Of a stretch of DNA of 39,268 bases, positions 26,083-34,605 are shown one piece after another. The DNA comes from an uncultured Solirubrobacteraceae bacterium. GTDB lineage: Bacteria > Actinomycetota > Thermoleophilia > Solirubrobacterales > Solirubrobacteraceae. The notes below the pieces were generated by a model. It had not been told where the DNA came from, did not search any database, and saw only the letters and a list, made by a program, of their open reading frames with translations. The translations under genes were made by a program, and so were the position numbers. The stretch spans positions 1 through 39,268 of the forward strand of contig CAZPQW010000028.1 in the NCBI GenBank assembly GCA_964588985.1, given 5' to 3'. Every line of letters begins with the position of its first letter. The stretch's first letter is position 1.

Positions 26083-26442
26083 ATGGCCCGCATTCTCGTA
26101 GTGGACGATGCCGCATTCATGCGCAAGGTGCTGACGGACGCGCTCACGAAGGGCGGCCACGAGGTCGTCGGGGAGGCGGCCAACGGCAACGAGGCGGTGA
26201 GCCAGTTCCAGGAGATTCGCCCCGACCTGACGACCCTCGACATCACGATGCCCGAAGCCGACGGCCTGGAAGCACTCGGCCAGATCCTCGCGACGGACCC
26301 CGGGGCGAAGGTGATCATGTGCTCGGCGCTGGGCGCCGAAGCGAAGGTCCTCGAAGCGATCCGGATCGGCGCGAAGGACTTCGTCGTGAAGCCGTTTCAG
26401 CCCGAGCGCGTGCTCGAGGCGGTCGAGCGGGCGCTTGCATGA
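26083..26442 (+). CDS. cheY: Chemotaxis response regulator CheY
   Basis: Single receiver domain: ILVVDDAAFMR, LDITMP, MCSALG, FVVKPF (Bacillus/Thermotoga-type). Confidence 0.95.
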   Translation: MARILVVDDAAFMRKVLTDALTKGGHEVVGEAANGNEAVSQFQEIRPDLTTLDITMPEADGLEALGQILATDPGAKVIMCSALGAEAKVLEAIRIGAKDFVVKPFQPERVLEAVERALA

Positions 26443-26459
26443 AAACCATCGCTTGATAA

Positions 26460-26486
26460 TAAAGTTATTCACCGTTTCGCCGATAC
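26460..26486 (+). promoter_or_regulatory. Sigma28-type promoter of cheW copy 2
   Basis: TAAA-N15-GCCGATAC, near consensus. Confidence 0.8.
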
Positions 26487-26497
26487 TTACCTCCCAG

Positions 26498-26950
26498 CAG
26501 TCGGCTATCGGAGGGTCAAGTGGCAACAGCTGTAACCCAGCTCGCACAACAACTCGTGGTGTTCTCCCTCGGCGAGGAAGACTACGCCCTGCCGATCACC
26601 CACGTACAGGAGATCATCCGCTACACAGAGCCCCGCACAGTCGCCTCTGACACCGAGTGGATCCGCGGCGTGATCAGCCTCCGCGGCAAGATCGTCCCCG
26701 TCTGCGACCTCGGCGCACGCCTCGGCCTCAGCTCCCAGCTCGCCGAGGACGCAAAGATCGTGATCGTCGAGACCGACACCGCCACAATCGGCGTGATCGT
26801 CGACGAAGTCGAGGAGGTACGCACCGTCGAAGCCGACCAACTCGAGACCATCCCAGGCGGCGACACAGCCACCTTCATCGACGCAATCGCCAAAACCGAA
26901 GACCGCCTCATCATCCTCCTCAACCCCGACGGACTCTTCAACAACACAGA
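26498..26950 (+). repeat. 453-bp direct repeat, copy 2
   Basis: Appears identical to 18771-19223. Confidence 0.9.
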
Positions 26951-26978
26951 GCTGACAAGCTCCCTCGCTTTTTCCTAA
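26520..26978 (+). CDS. cheW: Chemotaxis coupling protein CheW (copy 2)
   Basis: Same protein as copy 1 except the C-terminal tail (ELTSSLAFS versus DVAAVAG). Confidence 0.95.
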   Translation: MATAVTQLAQQLVVFSLGEEDYALPITHVQEIIRYTEPRTVASDTEWIRGVISLRGKIVPVCDLGARLGLSSQLAEDAKIVIVETDTATIGVIVDEVEEVRTVEADQLETIPGGDTATFIDAIAKTEDRLIILLNPDGLFNNTELTSSLAFS

Positions 26979-27108
26979 CGCCCCGCAGCGAATCAGTAAC
27001 TCGGGCGACTATTTTAACACTTTCGTGGCGCGCGTTTCACCACGCGTGCTGCGAATCGATGTCTGGCGACTCAGGGTTGACAACAATACGTGCAAGCGGA
27101 CATTTGTC

Positions 27109-27136
27109 TCAAGTGAATGAGACGGTAAACCGATAT
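27109..27136 (+). promoter_or_regulatory. Possible sigma28-type promoter of the MCP genes
   Basis: TCAA-N16-ACCGATAT upstream of ATG 27205. Confidence 0.5.
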
Positions 27137-27204
27137 CAGCCAGGAAGTAGTTAGTGGTAAATCGCAAGCCCTGACAAACCCTGAGCTATAGAGAAAGAGA
27201 TCCC

Positions 27205-29181
27205 ATGGTACTGAAGCGTCTTGTAACCTCGTCTGTGCGCAGCCAGCTGCTGGCAGGCTTTCTCGCAGTCATCGTCGCCTTCGGAATCGCCCTGGTGATC
27301 GCCATCAGTGGGATCTCGTCGGTTTCCTCGACCGTTCGCAAGGGCTACGGCGCCGCGGCGCAGGCCCAGGAAGCGAGCGCGTCGGCACGCAACATGGCCG
27401 GCTCGGCGCTCCTGAACGCCCTCACCGGCGGCAAGGAACAGGCCAACCACGAAAGCGACGTCGCGGGCTTTCGCACGGTGCTTGCCCAGTTGAGCAAGGA
27501 TGCGACATCCAGCTCCGACAAGACGGCACGCTCGGGGATCGAAACCCAGTTCGCCGCCTGGACCGTGATCGACAAGCAGTCCGACCAGCTCGCCCACAAA
27601 GGCCTGACGCCCGCGCTGGTGACACTGGCGACCGGCAAGGCCAACGAAGCGGCCGACACGCTGTCGAAAGCGCTTGAAACCTACGCCGTGCAGCGTCAAC
27701 GCGAGGCCAACAGCGCGTCGAGCTCGGCGACGACCTCGACGGTGTCGCTCGTCCTCGTGCTCGCCCTGCTTGCACTCGCGGCGGCAATCGCGGTCGCACT
27801 GCTGCTGTCGCGCGGCATCTCACGGGGGCTGAACGGCCTCTCGACTCGACTGCGCAGCCTCGACGAACACTGCCTGAACGACCTGCGCGACGGGTTGGGC
27901 GCGATCGCCAACGACTCCCTCACGGTCGAAGTGACGCCTGTCACCACACCGCTGGAGAGCACGCGCAACGACGAGATCGGCGAGCTGAGCGCGACGTTCA
28001 ACGCGATGCTCGAGAAGGCTCAGGCCTCGGTCGCGAGCTATGAACAGATGCGCACGCACCTCCGCGAGGCGCTGGGCGATCACTCATGCCTGGAGGATCT
28101 CATCGACCGTATGGCATCGCTGCAGGGCCACTGCCTGACGGATCTGGAAACCGGCCTTCACTCGATGGCGGGTGGAGACCTCACGGTGACCGTTACGCCC
28201 GTCACCACTCCGGTGCCGGTCGAGGAGGGACACCAGGCAGGGACGCTCGCGGAGATCTTCAACAAGATGCTCGGCAGCGCCAAGTCGGCCATCGGCGGCT
28301 ATGACGATATGCGTGTGAAGTTGACGGGGATGCTTGGTGAAATCACGGAGACCTCGACGACTGTGTCCGCTGCGTCGCAGCAGATGGCGTCCACCTCGGA
28401 GGAGGCGGGTCGTGCGGTGGGTGAGATCGCGGACGCTGTGTCCGGGGTCGCCTCCGGCGCGGAGCGTCAGGTGCGGATGGTCGAGGAGGCACGCACCAGC
28501 GCGGAGGACACCGCTTCACGGGCGAACGAGTCGCGTGAGGTCGCCGAGCAGGGCGTCACAGCCGCCCGGCAGGCATCGCAGGCGATGGAAAGCGTCCGCG
28601 AGTCGACGACATCGGTGACGGAGGCGACACGTGGCCTGGCCGCGAAATCAGAGCAGATCGGCGGGATCGTGGAGACGATCACCGGGATCGCGTCACAGAC
28701 GAACCTGCTGGCGCTCAACGCGGCGATCGAGGCCGCCCGAGCAGGAGAGCAGGGCAAGGGGTTCGCGGTCGTCGCCGAAGAGGTCCGGCGGCTCGCGGAA
28801 GGCTCCCAGGACGCAGCCACGCAGATCGCGGCGCTGATCGAGGAGATCCAAACAGAGACCCAGAAGACGGTCGCGGTCGTCGAAGAGGGCGCCAAGCGCA
28901 CCGAAGACGGCGTCGTGGTCGTCGATCAAGCCAGGGAAGCGTTCGAGACGATCGGCACGCAGGTCGACGAAATGGCGATGCGGATCGCCCAGGTCGTGAG
29001 CGCCACGACCGAGGTCGCCAGCGTAGCCGAGCAAACCAGCGCCTCGACCGAGCAAGTCTCGGCCAGCACACAACAGACGAGCGCCTCAGCACAAGAGATC
29101 GCCGGCTCAGCCCAAGGACTCGCAGGCACCGCCGAACAACTCCAAGCACTCGTCAACCAATTCACACTCACAGCGGCGTAA
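27205..29181 (+). CDS. Methyl-accepting chemotaxis protein (2 TM, extracellular helical sensor, HAMP-like repeats)
   Basis: [37 protein letters not shown] hairpin; two TM helices. Confidence 0.97.
   Translation: MVLKRLVTSSVRSQLLAGFLAVIVAFGIALVIAISGISSVSSTVRKGYGAAAQAQEASASARNMAGSALLNALTGGKEQANHESDVAGFRTVLAQLSKDATSSSDKTARSGIETQFAAWTVIDKQSDQLAHKGLTPALVTLATGKANEAADTLSKALETYAVQRQREANSASSSATTSTVSLVLVLALLALAAAIAVALLLSRGISRGLNGLSTRLRSLDEHCLNDLRDGLGAIANDSLTVEVTPVTTPLESTRNDEIGELSATFNAMLEKAQASVASYEQMRTHLREALGDHSCLEDLIDRMASLQGHCLTDLETGLHSMAGGDLTVTVTPVTTPVPVEEGHQAGTLAEIFNKMLGSAKSAIGGYDDMRVKLTGMLGEITETSTTVSAASQQMASTSEEAGRAVGEIADAVSGVASGAERQVRMVEEARTSAEDTASRANESREVAEQGVTAARQASQAMESVRESTTSVTEATRGLAAKSEQIGGIVETITGIASQTNLLALNAAIEAARAGEQGKGFAVVAEEVRRLAEGSQDAATQIAALIEEIQTETQKTVAVVEEGAKRTEDGVVVVDQAREAFETIGTQVDEMAMRIAQVVSATTEVASVAEQTSASTEQVSASTQQTSASAQEIAGSAQGLAGTAEQLQALVNQFTLTAA
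28306..29174 (+). repeat. 869-bp direct repeat, copy 1 (MCP signalling domain)
   Basis: Appears identical to 30505-31373 (offset 2199); shadow ORFs are identical in the ORF track. Confidence 0.9.
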
Positions 29182-29289
29182 ATCGGGGGCAGACGCACGA
29201 GCTGGGCTCCGGTGCTTGATGGATCGAGCATCGGAGCCGCTCGCGCCGCCGACAGGCAGCTTGTATCCACACCGTCACGAAAGCCAGAG

Positions 29290-31380
29290 ATGACCACCAC
29301 CACAGACTTCGAGCCCACCGCCGACAATCCAGGGCGCACGGGCTTCAGCCTCCCGCACCTGCCAGAGCTGACCGTGAAAGGCCGCCTGATCGCGATGGTC
29401 GCGACGCTGAGCTGTCTGTGGCTCGTATCGGTCGGAGTGGCGACTCAGGGTCTGCTCAGCGCGAAGTCAGACGCGAGCCCGGCGAGGTCGGGCTTTGCCT
29501 CCTACCAGACCGAGCACACCGCCTACGAGGGCTGGCTGACCGCGGACGACCAGACGAACATGGCCTCCGCGCTCGCCTCCCTGAGGGAGCCCTCTCAGAA
29601 GGCGCTGCTCGACACGACGCTGGAACAGATCGGCGATGGCCACAAGCAGGCAGTCGACGCCCTGACGGCGCTCGCCCGCACGGCGGCCGAGCCGTCGGTG
29701 CGCGCGCAGGCGCGGGCGACGCTCGCCGACATCGCTACCTACTCGGGATTCACCGATGAAGCCAGCAGGGCGATCGCCGCCGGCCAGCCGGTCCACGCGA
29801 TCCACCTCATCACGGTCAGCAACGCGAGCATCTCCAACAGGACTCAGGCGGACTTCGACCAGATGAACAAGGTCCTGGCCGCAGCCGTGGACGCCGCGAG
29901 GGCCAAGATCTCAAGCTCTATCAGCCGGTCGCTGGTGATCCTGCTGCTCGTGGTCGGCGTCGGCCTGCTCGGAGCGGCGGTCGCCGTGACGCTCGTGATC
30001 CGCTCGATCGTGCGCCCGCTGCGCCAGCTGCAGAGCACCGCGCGGACGATCGCAGAGGGAGATGTCGAGCACGACGTCGCCATCGGCGGGCGGGACGAGA
30101 TCGGCCAGGTCGGCGAGGCGTTCGGCGAGGTAACGGCCTACCTGCGGGAGATGTCCGCGGCCGCCGACCAGATTGCCGCCGGCGAGCTCGACGTCCAGGT
30201 GCACGCACGCTCGGAGCGCGACCGGCTCGCCCAAGCCTTCTCGACTATGGGCTCGACGCTGCGGGCGGAGCTCGGCGACCGGTCATGCCTGGACACGCTC
30301 GTCGCGCGGATGCAGTCGCTGCAGGGCAACTGCCTGAACGACCTGCGCGGCGGCCTGGAGGCCATGGCCGGCGGAGACCTCACCGTGGCCGTGACCCCTG
30401 TCACCCAGGAGATATCTGCCGAGGACGGGCGCAGCGCGGGACGGTTGGCGGAGATCTTCAACGCCATGCTCGCAACCACGAAGTCGGCGCTCGTGGGTTA
30501 CGGAGATATGCGTGTGAAGTTGACGGGGATGCTTGGTGAAATCACGGAGACCTCGACGACTGTGTCCGCTGCGTCGCAGCAGATGGCGTCCACCTCGGAG
30601 GAGGCGGGTCGTGCGGTGGGTGAGATCGCGGACGCTGTGTCCGGGGTCGCCTCCGGCGCGGAGCGTCAGGTGCGGATGGTCGAGGAGGCACGCACCAGCG
30701 CGGAGGACACCGCTTCACGGGCGAACGAGTCGCGTGAGGTCGCCGAGCAGGGCGTCACAGCCGCCCGGCAGGCATCGCAGGCGATGGAAAGCGTCCGCGA
30801 GTCGACGACATCGGTGACGGAGGCGACACGTGGCCTGGCCGCGAAATCAGAGCAGATCGGCGGGATCGTGGAGACGATCACCGGGATCGCGTCACAGACG
30901 AACCTGCTGGCGCTCAACGCGGCGATCGAGGCCGCCCGAGCAGGAGAGCAGGGCAAGGGGTTCGCGGTCGTCGCCGAAGAGGTCCGGCGGCTCGCGGAAG
31001 GCTCCCAGGACGCAGCCACGCAGATCGCGGCGCTGATCGAGGAGATCCAAACAGAGACCCAGAAGACGGTCGCGGTCGTCGAAGAGGGCGCCAAGCGCAC
31101 CGAAGACGGCGTCGTGGTCGTCGATCAAGCCAGGGAAGCGTTCGAGACGATCGGCACGCAGGTCGACGAAATGGCGATGCGGATCGCCCAGGTCGTGAGC
31201 GCCACGACCGAGGTCGCCAGCGTAGCCGAGCAAACCAGCGCCTCGACCGAGCAAGTCTCGGCCAGCACACAACAGACGAGCGCCTCAGCACAAGAGATCG
31301 CCGGCTCAGCCCAAGGACTCGCAGGCACCGCCGAACAACTCCAAGCACTCGTCAACCAATTCACACTCACAGCCGCATAG
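29290..31380 (+). CDS. Methyl-accepting chemotaxis protein (2 TM, different sensor, HAMP domains)
   Basis: Same signalling hairpin; RSIVRPL...[16 protein letters not shown]; start placed at ATG 29290. Confidence 0.97.
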   Translation: MTTTTDFEPTADNPGRTGFSLPHLPELTVKGRLIAMVATLSCLWLVSVGVATQGLLSAKSDASPARSGFASYQTEHTAYEGWLTADDQTNMASALASLREPSQKALLDTTLEQIGDGHKQAVDALTALARTAAEPSVRAQARATLADIATYSGFTDEASRAIAAGQPVHAIHLITVSNASISNRTQADFDQMNKVLAAAVDAARAKISSSISRSLVILLLVVGVGLLGAAVAVTLVIRSIVRPLRQLQSTARTIAEGDVEHDVAIGGRDEIGQVGEAFGEVTAYLREMSAAADQIAAGELDVQVHARSERDRLAQAFSTMGSTLRAELGDRSCLDTLVARMQSLQGNCLNDLRGGLEAMAGGDLTVAVTPVTQEISAEDGRSAGRLAEIFNAMLATTKSALVGYGDMRVKLTGMLGEITETSTTVSAASQQMASTSEEAGRAVGEIADAVSGVASGAERQVRMVEEARTSAEDTASRANESREVAEQGVTAARQASQAMESVRESTTSVTEATRGLAAKSEQIGGIVETITGIASQTNLLALNAAIEAARAGEQGKGFAVVAEEVRRLAEGSQDAATQIAALIEEIQTETQKTVAVVEEGAKRTEDGVVVVDQAREAFETIGTQVDEMAMRIAQVVSATTEVASVAEQTSASTEQVSASTQQTSASAQEIAGSAQGLAGTAEQLQALVNQFTLTAA
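30505..31373 (+). repeat. 869-bp direct repeat, copy 2
   Basis: Appears identical to 28306-29174. Confidence 0.9.
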
Positions 31381-31395
31381 GCCGCGAGCGCGGGG

Positions 31396-31926
31396 CTACT
31401 CGAAGGAGAGGCGCTCCTGGCCGGGAATCTCCGGCTCGTGCGCATCGGCGGCGCGTCCCGCCACCTGCCACTCGAACGAGACCTCGGGCTCCGGCTGGAT
31501 GATGCGCCCCGCACGAACGGGTGCAGCGGCCTCCCCGATGGGCGGCGCGTCGGCGAACGTGTAGTCGCCGCCGCCGAGCAGCTCGCTCATGTCGAACTCG
31601 ACCGTCTCCTGTCCCACCGAGGAGAGATCAGCCTGCGGGGCGTAGGCGTCGTCGGCCTGAGGGGCGAAGAAGGCCTCCTGCTGGAGCTCGCTGGCAGGCA
31701 GAGCCTCCTTATTGCCGGCCTCTTCAGCCGACAGTGGCGTCGGGTCCTCCCAGCCTTCCAGCGGCGCGTCGAGCGCCGGCGAGGGCTCCTCGCCCCACGT
31801 CGCCGGCTCATCCGGCAGCACCGGCTCGAGAGCCTCGCGCTCCTTGCGGGCGATCTCACCGGGATCGGCGCCCTGGCGGCGCTTGAGGTCCAGGTGCTCA
31901 CGTATGGCGTCGTCTAGCAATCCCAT
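31396..31926 (-). CDS. Hypothetical acidic protein
   Basis: MGLLDDAIREHLDLKRRQGAD helical N-terminus then a Glu/Pro/Ala-rich tail; AGGGG RBS before ATG 31926; host-like codon usage. Confidence 0.7.
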   Translation of the reverse strand: MGLLDDAIREHLDLKRRQGADPGEIARKEREALEPVLPDEPATWGEEPSPALDAPLEGWEDPTPLSAEEAGNKEALPASELQQEAFFAPQADDAYAPQADLSSVGQETVEFDMSELLGGGDYTFADAPPIGEAAAPVRAGRIIQPEPEVSFEWQVAGRAADAHEPEIPGQERLSFE

Positions 31927-32015
31927 GCCGCCCCTAAACCATACCGACCCCGCCGACGTATCCCCCGTGCGACTACACTTCGCATGGCCGGCAGCCCTGC
32001 CGCCGGTCCCCACGC

Positions 32016-32088
32016 GGGGCTATAGCTCAGATGGGAGAGCGCCTGGATCGCACCCAGGAGGTCGGGGGTTCGAGTCCCCCTAGCTCCA
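32016..32088 (+). tRNA. tRNA-Ala(CGC)
   Basis: GGGGCTA/TAGCTCC acceptor stem with G3:U70, D arm GCTCAGATGGGAGAGC, anticodon loop ATCGCAC, T loop TTCGAGT; CCA not encoded. Confidence 0.97.
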
Positions 32089-32106
32089 TCGTCTTGCAGA
32101 AGGTCG

Positions 32107-32136
32107 AACCCCGGTCTCCCAGGAGGCCGGGGTTTC
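32107..32136 (+). terminator. Hairpin downstream of tRNA-Ala
   Basis: AACCCCGGTCTCC-CA-GGAGGCCGGGGTT inverted repeat. Confidence 0.65.
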
Positions 32137-32223
32137 AGCGTTTTGGGGGGCGCAGGAAGCGGGTGCGACAGCTAGTGGCGACCATGCTTGCCTCGTAGCT
32201 GTCGAAGAAGCGCCGTCATCGCA

Positions 32224-32262
32224 GCTTGAAGCCGACCACTACAGCAGCGGTCGGCTTCAAGC
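32224..32262 (-). terminator. Hairpin downstream of the islet operon
   Basis: GCTTGAAGCCGACC-N11-GGTCGGCTTCAAGC, a perfect 14-bp stem 20 nt after the stop at 32283. Confidence 0.65.
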
Positions 32263-32282
32263 GCCTTTCGGATGGTTCGCGT

Positions 32283-32999
32283 TTAGTGACTGCCGGGAGC
32301 CGGCGACAGGGCGACCGGGCTGCTCAGCCCGGGTGCTGAGACCGATGTCGCCTGACTGTCGTCGTTGATCGCCCAGAGCCCATTCGTCACCGAGATCGTG
32401 GCGGTCGTGCCGTTCTTATCGGTCACTGTGGCGCTTGTCGCGCTGCCGGGCAGGACCCCGAAGTCCGTCACGGCGCCGCCCGACGATTTCAGGAGTCCAT
32501 TGAGACCACCGGCAGCGGCTTCCTGATCGCTGGCACATGTGGTGCTGGTCGATGTCTTAGCCACTTCGGCGATACAGACTCCGCTAGCGCCTGGGATTAG
32601 CCATATCTGCATGGCACCACCAAGTGCAGCCGCGTCCACGCTACCGACGTAAGTCGCAAGGGCCGGGTTCGGAGCGATTCGACCTTGCGGAGTAGCGGAT
32701 TGATCAAGCGTGGTGATCCGTTCCACCGTTTTCACGGGCAGAGCAACAGCAGCCGATGCCGCCCGTGCACGGGCCAGTATCGGGAATGTGCGTACCAGGC
32801 GCTGCTTATTCTGCGCACTTTGACGCAGTACGGACGCTGACAGCCGCGTGTTACCGCCCGGGACTGGCGCGCTTCGGCGGTGCCGTGGTGTGGAATTCGC
32901 TGACACACCAACCGCGAGGGCGATACCAATCACGCCGATGGCTATCAGGCTGCCGAGCGCAATGAGCATTTTCTTTCTTACGATTGGCTTTTTAAGCAT
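32283..32999 (-). CDS. Exported / membrane-anchored hypothetical protein (238 aa)
   Basis: Basic N-terminus plus hydrophobic helix; Cys pair in IWLIPGASGVCI...TTCA; AGGAG RBS; lower GC. Confidence 0.75.
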   Translation of the reverse strand: MLKKPIVRKKMLIALGSLIAIGVIGIALAVGVSANSTPRHRRSAPVPGGNTRLSASVLRQSAQNKQRLVRTFPILARARAASAAVALPVKTVERITTLDQSATPQGRIAPNPALATYVGSVDAAALGGAMQIWLIPGASGVCIAEVAKTSTSTTCASDQEAAAGGLNGLLKSSGGAVTDFGVLPGSATSATVTDKNGTTATISVTNGLWAINDDSQATSVSAPGLSSPVALSPAPGSH

Positions 33000-33077
33000 G
33001 GCACGCTCCTATGCGGGTCTGGATAGCGAGGATGGCTGACACAGTTAGGCTCAGCGGGGAGGTCGAGTGCGGCCGCA

Positions 33078-33449
33078 TCATTCGTATTCACCCCACGCCC
33101 AAATGAAGCCTTTGGAGCTCGAGTTGACCCAACCCTGGGCAGTAGAGCTGACTACCAGCACTTCTTCTTCGTCCCACTGCACGTGGCTGCCGCCGGCGGC
33201 GTGGCAGTACGTTCCCATACCTGTGAGCGTTTCCCCATTGCTGCGATAGGTATTCATGCACCAGGCTTGTTTACGCCCTTCAACCTCGTCCCTGACGATG
33301 TAGCTGAAGGTGTGCTTCGGTCCGGTCTCTCCGTTCCATTCCCCGTTGGAGTAGACGAGTGTGAACGCCGAAGCGCCAGCCGGTCCGATGAGCGCCGCGA
33401 GAGCCAGGCTGCTGGTGAGCGCTAGGCCGACCAACATCTTTCTAAGCAT
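33078..33449 (-). CDS. Small secreted hypothetical protein (123 aa, 2 Cys)
   Basis: Sec signal MLRKMLVGLALTSSLALAALIGPAGASA|F; aromatic/Gly-rich mature part; AAGGGGG RBS. Confidence 0.75.
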   Translation of the reverse strand: MLRKMLVGLALTSSLALAALIGPAGASAFTLVYSNGEWNGETGPKHTFSYIVRDEVEGRKQAWCMNTYRSNGETLTGMGTYCHAAGGSHVQWDEEEVLVVSSTAQGWVNSSSKGFIWAWGEYE

Positions 33450-33572
33450 GGGCGATACCCCCCTTCAGTTGGGTGTCCATCCGTGCGCCAGCATGATGAG
33501 CGCACATCCAATGGCTGGGATCTATAGCAAGGTCGAATCACACGGATCAGCGCAACAGCGCTCCCCGATGTA

Positions 33573-33634
33573 ATTCGAGATGTCGGAATCGGCTCTACGG
33601 CTAAGGAAACGCCCAAGATTCGAGATGTGCGAAT
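33573..33634. promoter_or_regulatory. Two related 17-bp palindromic boxes (ATTCG-N7-CGAAT)
   Basis: ATTCGAGATGTCGGAAT at 33573 and ATTCGAGATGTGCGAAT at 33618, upstream of the islet operon. Confidence 0.55.
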
Positions 33635-33870
33635 TTGGGGCAAAATGTCTCTAGCTCTACCTACTCAAACGGCCGCGCGTCCGGCGCTCAAAGCTCATCG
33701 ATTTATGCCCGGCTGCTCAAGACCCAATGTCCTGCGGCCTCTCTTCTCGGCGGCAGGACTCGTCACGGCTAGCAATGTAGCGAATTGTCTGCCAGCGTAC
33801 TGTCTGCGTGGACCATCCCCTGGGCACGCCCCCGCACTGGCTGGCCGCGGGGCGCCTAGACTCCGCGCCG

Positions 33871-34605
33871 ATGCCTGACGCGCCGGCTTCCAACCGCCTC
33901 CTCGTCCTCCAGCACATCGGCTGCGAGCGGCCCGCCGCCTACGAGGACGAGCTGCTCGCCCGCGGCCTCACCCTCGACCGCGTCCAGCTCGACGCCGGCG
34001 ACGCTCTCCCCGACTGGCGCCTCTACGTGGGGATCGTCGCGATGGGTGGCCCGATGGGCACCTACGAAGCCAACCGCCACCCGTGGCTCACAGCCGAGAT
34101 GGAGCTGGTCGCCGAGGCAGTCCATGCGGACAAGCCCTTCTGGGGCGTGTGCCTCGGTGCACAGCTGCTCGCCGCGAGCCTCGGCGCCACCGTCGCCCCC
34201 GGCCACGGGCCGGAGGTCGGCGTGCTCGGAGTCGAGCTCACCGCCGAGGCCGCCCAGGACCCGGTCTTCTCGCAAGCACCCGCGAGCTTCCCCGCGTTTC
34301 ACTGGCACGGCGACACCTACACGCTTCCGCCTGGAGCCGTGCACCTCGCCCGCTCAGAGCTCTACGAGCAGCAGGTGTTCGCCTACCGCAACGCCTACGC
34401 GCTGCAGTTCCACCTCGAGGTCACGCCCCAGATGGTGGCCGAGTGGGGCCAGGTGGGCGCGTATGCGTCGAGCCTCGCCACGCTCCCCGGCGAGGACCCG
34501 CTCGCCGACCTGATCGCTCAGGTCAGCGCCGTCGAGGGCAGCGCGATCCCGCTTGCCCGCGAGCTGTTCGCGCGCTGGCTACTCGACGTCGTCGGCATCG
34601 CCTAA
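33871..34605 (+). CDS. Class I glutamine amidotransferase
   Basis: VLQH, MGGPMG, GVCLGAQLL (Cys nucleophile), HWHGD, LQFHLE (His-Glu). Confidence 0.92.
   Translation: MPDAPASNRLLVLQHIGCERPAAYEDELLARGLTLDRVQLDAGDALPDWRLYVGIVAMGGPMGTYEANRHPWLTAEMELVAEAVHADKPFWGVCLGAQLLAASLGATVAPGHGPEVGVLGVELTAEAAQDPVFSQAPASFPAFHWHGDTYTLPPGAVHLARSELYEQQVFAYRNAYALQFHLEVTPQMVAEWGQVGAYASSLATLPGEDPLADLIAQVSAVEGSAIPLARELFARWLLDVVGIA

Noticed and set aside
26980-27204. c-di-GMP riboswitch upstream of the MCP genes
   Set aside because: Only an imperfect hairpin and a short AAGCCCTGAC/AAACCCTGAG repeat; the GEMM consensus elements were not found by eye.
28306-31373. Diversity-generating retroelement template/variable repeat pair
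   Set aside because: The copies appear identical, without adenine-specific differences, and no reverse transcriptase is present in the window.
33648-33660. Second att copy (CTAGCTC) of the tRNA-Ala(CGC) 3' end closing the islet
   Set aside because: Only about 7 bp match, which is expected by chance; no integrase is adjacent.
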